In this document: positions 57,824-64,000 of the stretch, in pieces | How positions within the stretch are numbered: the first letter of the stretch is position 1 | Layout: each line of letters opens with the position of its first letter | From: an uncultured SAR86 cluster bacterium | GTDB lineage: Bacteria; Pseudomonadota; Gammaproteobacteria; Magnimaribacterales; AG-339-G14 | Direction: 5' to 3' | NCBI GenBank assembly: GCA_902616715.1 | Contig: CACMTR010000004.1 | Location: 117,053 to 181,052, forward strand | Length of the DNA: 64,000 nt | Program-made: the position numbers and the translations under genes | The notes under the pieces: model-generated | What the model was told of the DNA's origin: nothing | The model's input: only the letters and a program-made list of their open reading frames with translations | The model's database searches: none

Positions 57824-57852
57824 GTTGCAATTAACCTTATAATTGAGTATAA
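57824..57852 (+). promoter_or_regulatory. Candidate internal sigma70 promoter (TTGCAA-17-TATAAA) ahead of tRNA-Thr(GGU)-tuf
   Basis: Hexamers read directly at 57824-57829 and 57847-57852 with a 17-nt spacer, in the 120-nt Tyr-Thr spacer. Confidence 0.4.
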
Positions 57853-57935
57853 ACGCGAACGGAGATGTGGGTCTAGAAATCTTATTTAAATTCTTTAAGT
57901 AATTTTTCTAAAATACCCTTTTTCTTACAAGGTAA

Positions 57936-58011
<76 letters not shown>

Positions 58012-58050
58012 GGATTTTAAAAAAAGAATTTTATTTTAAGAGGAATAAAG

Positions 58051-59244
58051 ATGGCTAAAGAAAAATTTGAAAGAACCAAACCGCATGTGAATGTTGGGAC
58101 CATTGGACACGTTGATCATGGTAAAACCACACTTACTGCTGCCTTAACAAAGGTTTGTGCTGAAGCTTTCGGGTCAGGAGAAGCCGTTGCTTTTGATGGC
58201 ATAGATAATGCTCCAGAAGAAAAAGAAAGAGGAATCACCATTGCTACTTCTCACGTAGAATATGATACGCCTAATAGGCATTACGCACATGTCGATTGCC
58301 CTGGTCATGCCGACTATATAAAAAATATGATTACTGGAGCCGCTCAAATGGACGGTGCTATTTTAGTAGTCAACGCTGCAGATGGTCCTATGCCACAAAC
58401 TAGAGAACATATTCTTTTGGCAAGACAAGTAGGTGTCCCTTTTATAGTAGTTTTTCTAAATAAAGCAGACATGGTAGATGACGAAGAATTAACTATGCTT
58501 GTCGAAGAAGAAATTAGGGAATTATTAACCGAATACGATTTTCCAGGAGCTGACACACCAATTGTTGTTGGTTCTGCTCTGAAAGCTCTTGAGGGAGACG
58601 CTTCTGATATTGGAGTTCCTGCAGTAACAAAACTTGTTGAGGCGTTAGATTCATATATCCCAGAACCAGAAAGAGAAACTGACAAACCATTTTTAATGCC
58701 AATTGAAGATATTTTCTCAATTCAAGGAAGAGGAACTGTTGTTACCGGAAGAATCGAAAGAGGAATGGTAAATGTCAATGATCCATTAGACATTATTGGG
58801 ATTAAAGATACTGAGGCCACTGTGTGTACAGGGGTAGAAATGTTTAGAAAACTTTTAGATCAAGGAAGAGCTGGAGAAAACGTTGGTGTTCTTTTGAGAG
58901 GAACTAAAAGGGAAGAGGTTGAAAGAGGACAAGTCTTATGTGCTCCTGGCTCTATAAAATCTCATACAAAATTTGAAGCGCAAGTATATGTTTTGAGTAA
59001 AGAAGAAGGCGGAAGACACACTCCTTTCTTTAAAGGTTATAGACCTCAATTTTACGTAAGAACTACAGACGTGACGGGAGCTGTCACACTTCCAGATGGA
59101 GTGGAAATGGTCATGCCCGGAGACGATATCTCAGTTTCAGTTGAGCTAATTTCACCGATAGCCATGGAAGACGGAATGAAATTCGCCATCCGTGAAGGTG
59201 GAAGAACAGTTGGTGCTGGAGTAGTAACTAAGATTATCGAGTAG
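58051..59244 (+). CDS. tuf: Elongation factor Tu
   Basis: 397 aa with [17 protein letters not shown] and NKAD. AGGA lies upstream of the ATG. Confidence 0.98.
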   Translation: MAKEKFERTKPHVNVGTIGHVDHGKTTLTAALTKVCAEAFGSGEAVAFDGIDNAPEEKERGITIATSHVEYDTPNRHYAHVDCPGHADYIKNMITGAAQMDGAILVVNAADGPMPQTREHILLARQVGVPFIVVFLNKADMVDDEELTMLVEEEIRELLTEYDFPGADTPIVVGSALKALEGDASDIGVPAVTKLVEALDSYIPEPERETDKPFLMPIEDIFSIQGRGTVVTGRIERGMVNVNDPLDIIGIKDTEATVCTGVEMFRKLLDQGRAGENVGVLLRGTKREEVERGQVLCAPGSIKSHTKFEAQVYVLSKEEGGRHTPFFKGYRPQFYVRTTDVTGAVTLPDGVEMVMPGDDISVSVELISPIAMEDGMKFAIREGGRTVGAGVVTKIIE

Positions 59245-59318
59245 GCCAGTAGCTCAATTGGTAGAGCGGCGGTCTCCAAAACCGCAGGTTGGGGGTTCGA
59301 TTCCCTCCTGGCCTGCCA
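59243..59318 (+). tRNA. tRNA-Trp (anticodon CCA)
   Basis: Acceptor is AGGCCAG/CTGGCCT. The anticodon stem is GCGGT/ACCGC with loop CTCCAAA. The T arm is GGGGG-TTCGATT-CCCTC. CCA is encoded. The 5' end overlaps the tuf TAG stop by 2 nt. Confidence 0.93.
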
Positions 59319-59338
59319 CGATTTGAAGGTAGTTTTTG

Positions 59339-59707
59339 ATGTCACAACAGGAAGAAAATAATATAAATTTACAAAGCAAAGCTCTTTGGGTTTTGGGTTT
59401 GTCTCTTATCACTTTAGCTGTGTGGGGTAATTCTTATTTTTCTGATATTGGATTGCTATATAGAGTTCTCGGAGTAGTAGGCATTCTTTTAATTTCATTG
59501 TTTGTTTTAAAATTTACAATTTTTGGAAGTCAAACTTTTAATTTGCTTTTACAATCGTCAACAGAAATAAGAAAGGTTGTTTGGCCAAATAGAACAGAAA
59601 CAACTCAAACAACCCTAATTGTTACTGCAGCTGTTTTAGTTGCATCGTTAATTTTGTGGGGATTAGATTCTTTATTTTCATTTTTAATTAAATTGGTTTT
59701 AGGTTAA
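59339..59707 (+). CDS. secE: Preprotein translocase subunit SecE
   Basis: 122 aa with three TM helices and the IRKVVWPNRTET block (E. coli E..KV.WP.R.E). It has the canonical position before nusG. Confidence 0.9.
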   Translation: MSQQEENNINLQSKALWVLGLSLITLAVWGNSYFSDIGLLYRVLGVVGILLISLFVLKFTIFGSQTFNLLLQSSTEIRKVVWPNRTETTQTTLIVTAAVLVASLILWGLDSLFSFLIKLVLG

Positions 59708-59710
59708 GAG

Positions 59711-60244
59711 ATGTCCAAAGCTTGGTATGTAATTAACTCCTATTCAGGTTATGAAAATAAGGCCAAAGAACAGTTAATGGACAGAATCGTTACAGAAGGC
59801 CAAGAGGATTTTTTTGGAAGAATAGAAGTGCCTACACAAGAGATCACAGAGATTAAAGGTGGAAAAGAAAAGGTTGTTCAAAAGAAGTTTTTCCCAGGTT
59901 ATATCTTGGTTGAAATGGAAATGAATGACGATACCTGGCATTTAGTAAAAGAAACCCCAAGAGTTTTAGGTTTTATCGGAGGGACTAAAAATAATCCTAA
60001 AAGTATTAGCGATACTGAAGCTAATAGAATTTTGAATCAAATAGAACATGGAATAGACGAATCTTCTCAGTCAGTTGCTTTTGAACCAGGAGAAATGATA
60101 CGAGTAATAGACGGACCTTTTAATGACTTTAGTGGTGTAGTTGAAGAGGTGGACAGTGAAAAAAGTAAAGTTAAGGTAGCTGTGATGATTTTTGGAAGAT
60201 CTACTCCAGTAGAACTAGATTTTACTCAAATTGAGAGAAGTTAA
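59711..60244 (+). CDS. nusG: Transcription termination/antitermination factor NusG
   Basis: 177 aa with the WYV.......E..A NGN start and the KOW block [18 protein letters not shown]. Confidence 0.95.
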   Translation: MSKAWYVINSYSGYENKAKEQLMDRIVTEGQEDFFGRIEVPTQEITEIKGGKEKVVQKKFFPGYILVEMEMNDDTWHLVKETPRVLGFIGGTKNNPKSISDTEANRILNQIEHGIDESSQSVAFEPGEMIRVIDGPFNDFSGVVEEVDSEKSKVKVAVMIFGRSTPVELDFTQIERS

Positions 60245-60678
60245 TGGCAAAAGAAAAAAAAATAATGACATATATCAAGCTTCAGGTTCCTGCTGGGGCA
60301 GCGAGTCCCAGTCCGCCTGTTGGACCAGCTCTGGGCCAACACGGAGTAAACTTGATGGATTTTTGCAATGCTTTCAATTCAAAAACTAACGAATTAGAAA
60401 AAAATGTTCCAGTGCCAGTTGTTATTTCTGTTTATGAAGATAGAAGTTTTGATTTTATAATTAAAACCACACCCGCAAGTATTTTATTAAAAAAAGCTGC
60501 GGGTCTATCTAAAGGGAGTAGTACCCCAAATTCTGAAAAAGTTGGAAGAGTCAATAGATCTCAATTGGAAGAGATAGCTCAAGCGAAAATGGCTGATCTA
60601 AATGCATCCGACTTAGATGCGGCCGTTAAAATTATTGAAGGTAGCGCAAGAAGTATGGGTATAGAGGTGGATAATTAA
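60244..60678 (+). CDS. rplK: 50S ribosomal protein L11
   Basis: 144 aa with [26 protein letters not shown]. It has a TAATG overlap with nusG. Confidence 0.97.
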   Translation: MAKEKKIMTYIKLQVPAGAASPSPPVGPALGQHGVNLMDFCNAFNSKTNELEKNVPVPVVISVYEDRSFDFIIKTTPASILLKKAAGLSKGSSTPNSEKVGRVNRSQLEEIAQAKMADLNASDLDAAVKIIEGSARSMGIEVDN

Positions 60679-61326
60679 ATGTTAGATAAAGTTAATTTAG
60701 AGCAAGCTGTAAGCGAAATTAATGAAAACGCTTCTAAAAATTTTAAGGAAGCTTTAGATGTTGCAGTAAATCTAGGCATCGATCCAAAAAAAACTGATCA
60801 AGCAGTTAGAGGTGCCACAAACTTGCCACATGGAAATGGTAAAACTTATAAAGTTGCAGTTTTCGCAGAAGGAGACGAAGCAAAAGATGCTTTGGAGAAT
60901 GGGGCTGATAAAGTAGGAATGGAAGATTTAGCGGAAGATATGAAAAAAGGAGATTTGAACTATGACGTAATTATAGCAACCCCATCAACTATGAAGGTTG
61001 TTAGTCCTCTAGGTCAGATTTTAGGACCTAAGGGATTAATGCCCAACCCGAAATCAGAGACTGTAACAAAGGATGTAAAGACAGCTGTAAAAAACGCAAA
61101 GTCAGGACAAATTAGGTATAAATCAGATAAGCAGGGTATAATCCACACCCGAATTGGTCAGGTAGGATATTCAGAAGAACAAGTAAGAGATAATTTAGAA
61201 GCTTTTTTAACAGATTTAAAAAAAGCTAAACCTCCTTCTTCAAAAGGAGTATTTATTTCCAAGGTGTCTATCTCATCAACCATGGGCAAGGGTTTTGATA
61301 TAGATTTAACTACATTAAATTTTTAA
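60679..61326 (+). CDS. rplA: 50S ribosomal protein L1 (N-terminally short, 215 aa)
   Basis: It has DVAVNLGIDPKKTDQAVRGATNLPHGNGK and GPKGLMPNPK. The ATG immediately follows the rplK stop. It lacks about 15 residues relative to the E. coli N-terminus. Confidence 0.95.
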   Translation: MLDKVNLEQAVSEINENASKNFKEALDVAVNLGIDPKKTDQAVRGATNLPHGNGKTYKVAVFAEGDEAKDALENGADKVGMEDLAEDMKKGDLNYDVIIATPSTMKVVSPLGQILGPKGLMPNPKSETVTKDVKTAVKNAKSGQIRYKSDKQGIIHTRIGQVGYSEEQVRDNLEAFLTDLKKAKPPSSKGVFISKVSISSTMGKGFDIDLTTLNF

Positions 61327-61504
61327 AAGTGTATAAATATTTTAAAAATAGAAAAGATTTTTTGTGCCGTTGCAATTCCATTGCAATTGTCAAAGACCGT
61401 AGGAGCCTGAGTTTTGACAAAGGCTTAATTTTTCCTACGCAGATGGTTCTTAACATTTTTATAAATGTTGAGGTTATGTATTACTCAATTTTGAGAAATT
61501 AACA
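61327..61504 (+). promoter_or_regulatory. rplJ (L10) untranslated leader with nested stems, likely the L10(L7/L12)4 autoregulatory site and/or PL10 promoter region
   Basis: At 178 nt this is the longest non-coding stretch in the ribosomal cluster. The nested helix is CGTAGGA-GCCT (61398-61408) / AGGC...TCCTACG (61421-61439). A second hairpin is AACATTT-TTAT-AAATGTT (61452-61469). The position matches the E. coli L10 leader. Confidence 0.55.
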
Positions 61505-62023
61505 ATGTCAAATTTAGACGCAAAAAAAGTTAAGGTTGACGAATTAAAACAAGTAGCTGAAGAATCTTTGTCAGCTGTTGTTGTCGATTATAGAGGAACA
61601 GATGTTCCCAAATTGACAGGTTTTAGGAAAGAAGCAAAAGACAAGTCAGTATTTATAAAGATAATCAAAAATACTCTTGCTAAAAGAGCTCTCGAAGATA
61701 CCAAATTCGATTCATTGAAAGATGTTTTAACTGGACCTTCTTTGATTGCATTTTCTAAAGAAGACTACCAAAGTGCAGCTAAGCTGATTCAAGATTTTGC
61801 TAAGGAAGAAGAATCTTTTGAAGTAAAAGGACTTTCCATTGGCGAAGGATTGCTCACCGCAGATCAGTTGAATAGTATTGCTTCATTACCTACCAAAGAT
61901 GAAGCTATATCTATGCTATTGGGACTCATGAAAGCGCCGATTACTAATTTAGCTTTAATATCAAGGGAAATACCTTCTTCTATGGTAAGAACTTTGAGTG
62001 CTTATGGGGATTCTAAAAATTGA
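61505..62023 (+). CDS. rplJ: 50S ribosomal protein L10
   Basis: 172 aa with the VVDYRG..V..L..LR block and canonical position. Confidence 0.95.
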   Translation: MSNLDAKKVKVDELKQVAEESLSAVVVDYRGTDVPKLTGFRKEAKDKSVFIKIIKNTLAKRALEDTKFDSLKDVLTGPSLIAFSKEDYQSAAKLIQDFAKEEESFEVKGLSIGEGLLTADQLNSIASLPTKDEAISMLLGLMKAPITNLALISREIPSSMVRTLSAYGDSKN

Positions 62024-62050
62024 GTTTGATTTATTATATAGGAGTTAATA

Positions 62051-62431
62051 ATGGCTTTAACTAAAGAAGAAATTTTGGACGCAATTTCAGAAATGAGCGT
62101 CATGGATGTCGTCGACTTAGTCAAGATGATGGAAGACAAATTTGGTGTATCGGCCGCTGCACCAGTCGCAGCTGCAGCACCTGCAGCAGCAGACTCTGGA
62201 GCTGAAGCTGCTGAAGAAAAAAGCGAATTTGAAATTTTCATAGCTGACGTTGGAGATAAGAAAATAGATGTAATCAAAGCTGTACGAACAATTACAGGCT
62301 TAGGCTTAAAAGAAGCCAAAGCCATTGTTGATGGCGCACCAGCATCTGTTAAAGAAGGAGCTAATAAGGAAGAAGCAGAAACAGCCAAATCTCAATTAGA
62401 AGAGGCTGGAGCTACGGTAGAACTTAAATAA
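62051..62431 (+). CDS. rplL: 50S ribosomal protein L7/L12
   Basis: 126 aa with an Ala-rich hinge and the C-terminal [20 protein letters not shown]. Confidence 0.97.
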   Translation: MALTKEEILDAISEMSVMDVVDLVKMMEDKFGVSAAAPVAAAAPAAADSGAEAAEEKSEFEIFIADVGDKKIDVIKAVRTITGLGLKEAKAIVDGAPASVKEGANKEEAETAKSQLEEAGATVELK

Positions 62432-62442
62432 TTAAATTATTT

Positions 62443-64000
62443 ATGACAAATAACTATTCATTTGCAGAAAAGAAAAGAATAAGAAAAAGTTTTGAGAAAA
62501 TTTCAAGTGTGATGTCTTTACCTGACATTCTTGAAATTCAAACCGATTCTTATAAACATTTTTTACAAGAGGAAGTTTCGCCTGAAAATAGAAAGGAGCA
62601 GGGTTTAGAAAATGTATTCAAATCTATTTTCCCTATCGTTAGTGTTTCAGGAAACGCAAAGATAGATTATTTGAGATACGAACTTGGTGAGCCCGAATTC
62701 GATGTATTCGAATGTTTGCCAAGAGGCAGAACCTATGAGGCGCCATTACATATCTGGTGTCGAATAACTTTTATCGACAAAACTACTGGAGAAGAGAACC
62801 TAAAAAGTGCAAGAGATGAAAAAGTTTATATGGGCACTATGCCCTTGATGACTGAGCATGGCACTTTTGTTATCAATGGAACTGAAAGAGTAGTTGTTTC
62901 TCAATTGCATAGATCACCGGGACTAATCTTCGACCACGACAAGGGAAAAACTCATTCTTCTGGAAAATTGCTGTACTCTTCTAGAGTAATTCCCTATAGA
63001 GGCTCTTGGCTGGATTTCGAATTTGATCACAAAGATTTAATTTACATAAGAATTGATAGAAGAAGAAAATTATATGCTTCTATTCTTCTGAAAAGTTTGG
63101 GAATGACTCCGAAAGAAATTCTAGATATTTTCTATGAACAAGAAACTTACACTCTTAACAAAAAAGGTTTATACAGTCTTGCACTTAACTCTCAAAAGTT
63201 AGTGGGTAGACTTGCTCCAGTTGATATAGTTGCCAAAGACAAAAGCGTAATTATAGAAGCGGGGAAAAGAATAACCGCGAGGCATATCAGACTTATTGAA
63301 TCAAATAAGATTAAAACCCTTGATTTACCTAAAGAGGCTTTGATCGGTCTTACGTTGGCAGATGATATTATTGACGAATCAACAGGTGAGATCATTTTTT
63401 CTTGTAATACACTAGTAGATACAGATGTCTTAGAAAAATTAGAAGATCAAAAAATCAAGCAGCTCAATACTCTCTATATTAATGAGCTTGAATCGGGACC
63501 TTATGTCTCTGAGACACTCAGGGCGGATACTTCGGCGACTAACTTAGAAGCTTTAGCTGAGATCTACAGAATGATGCGCCCAGGCGAGCCACCTACTAAA
63601 GAAGCAGCAACGCTATTATTTGAAAATTTGTTTTTCAATCCAGACAAGTATGATCTTTCAGATGTCGGTCGAATGAAATTTAATAAAAGGCTTGGGAAAG
63701 ATGACCTTCTAGGAGAAGGAGTATTGTCAAAAGAAGATATTTTGGAAGTGATGAAAACTCTAGTAGATATTAGAAATGGTAAACAAAATTGTGACGACAT
63801 AGATCATCTAGGAAATCGAAGAATAAGATCAGTCGGAGAAATGGTTTCTAATCAAGTTAGAGTTGGTTTGTTAAGAGTTGAAAGAGCAGTTAGAGAAAGA
63901 TTAAATGTAGCAGAAGCAGAAGGATTTGGTCCAGCTGATCTTATAAATGCAAAACCAGTTACTGCAGCAATCAATGAATTTTTTGGCTCCAGTCAACTTT
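62443..64000 (+). CDS. rpoB: DNA-directed RNA polymerase beta subunit, N-terminal about 519 codons (continues beyond the window)
   Basis: It starts MTNNYSFAEKKRIRKSFEKISSVMSLPDILEIQTDSYKHFL, the typical RpoB N-terminus. It is absent from the ORF track because there is no stop codon before the window end. It starts 11 nt after rplL. Confidence 0.96.
   Translation, partial: MTNNYSFAEKKRIRKSFEKISSVMSLPDILEIQTDSYKHFLQEEVSPENRKEQGLENVFKSIFPIVSVSGNAKIDYLRYELGEPEFDVFECLPRGRTYEAPLHIWCRITFIDKTTGEENLKSARDEKVYMGTMPLMTEHGTFVINGTERVVVSQLHRSPGLIFDHDKGKTHSSGKLLYSSRVIPYRGSWLDFEFDHKDLIYIRIDRRRKLYASILLKSLGMTPKEILDIFYEQETYTLNKKGLYSLALNSQKLVGRLAPVDIVAKDKSVIIEAGKRITARHIRLIESNKIKTLDLPKEALIGLTLADDIIDESTGEIIFSCNTLVDTDVLEKLEDQKIKQLNTLYINELESGPYVSETLRADTSATNLEALAEIYRMMRPGEPPTKEAATLLFENLFFNPDKYDLSDVGRMKFNKRLGKDDLLGEGVLSKEDILEVMKTLVDIRNGKQNCDDIDHLGNRRIRSVGEMVSNQVRVGLLRVERAVRERLNVAEAEGFGPADLINAKPVTAAINEFFGSSQL

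Noticed and set aside
57705-57830. N-terminal 42 codons of the track ORF 56910..57830 (birA extension)
   Set aside because: The peptide GGGRIRTCEAEAADLQSAGFDRSPTPP is the typical translation of the antisense strand of a tRNA, here tRNA-Tyr at 57732-57815. The BirA homology starts at the internal Met at 57704.
57853-57935. Degenerate tRNA-Gly in the Tyr-Thr spacer (position of glyT in E. coli)
   Set aside because: There are no acceptor or T-arm complementarity and no GTTCRA-type T loop. The sequence is AT-rich and better read as a promoter plus leader.
59052-59345. 97-aa minus-strand ORF across the tuf 3' end and tRNA-Trp
   Set aside because: It is antisense to tuf and to tRNA-Trp. RESNPQPAVLETAALPIEL is again a tRNA-antisense artefact.
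62002-62388. 128-aa minus-strand ORF antisense to rplL, and similar long antisense ORFs (32410-32850 in rho, 49295-49627 in secA, 58344-58685 in tuf, 30137-30454 in ilvD, 23127-23438 in the aminotransferase, 11581-11811 and 12127-12333 in coaBC)
   Set aside because: All are fully nested in the opposite strand of strongly supported conserved genes. They have Ser/Ala/Leu-rich low-complexity products and no recognisable motifs. This is the expected by-product of codon bias rather than overlapping genes.

Overview
This is an AT-rich, extremely gene-dense chromosomal segment. There is almost no intergenic DNA, and many genes overlap by 1-8 nt (ATGA/TAATG junctions). By gene content and synteny it comes from a streamlined gammaproteobacterium; a marine free-living lineage is my inference only. 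It is built from classical gammaproteobacterial blocks joined back to back: hemH-hemF-hemJ; pepP-ubiH / zapA-ssrS-ygfA; ilvA; rpiA; lnt; rpmBG / coaBC-dut; proA-nadD-rsfS-mrdA-rodA-mltB-dacA; holA-lptE-leuS-accCB-aroQ; ilvD; trxA-rho; bamD / rluD; ilvIHC; coaE-yacG / argJ-secA-lpxC; rnr-rlmB; and birA / tRNAs-tuf-tRNA(Trp)-secE-nusG-rplKAJL-rpoB. I call about 75 protein genes. Three of them are absent from the ORF track: rpmG, yacG, and rpoB, which runs off the window edge. I also call six tRNAs, a 6S RNA and a retained L10 leader. I see no rRNA, CRISPR array, transposase, integrase, phage gene or recognisable defence gene, and no long repeats. I did not find a convincing novel multi-gene system; most of the window is ordinary core genome. 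The observations most worth a second look are: (1) tRNA-Ile(GAU) and tRNA-Ala(UGC) in rRNA-spacer order, with no rRNA nearby, split by a 4.9-kb four-gene phosphoesterase/lipid-modification cassette; (2) the tuf stop codon overlapping the mature 5' end of tRNA-Trp; (3) a stand-alone DsbD N-terminal domain at the conserved dsbD position; (4) a small uncharacterised cluster (membrane protein, NTF2-like protein, Asp-nucleophile alpha/beta hydrolase) transcribed behind an operon-embedded tRNA-Thr; (5) selective retention or loss of regulatory leaders. All functional calls come from by-eye motif and synteny recognition. No searches were run.
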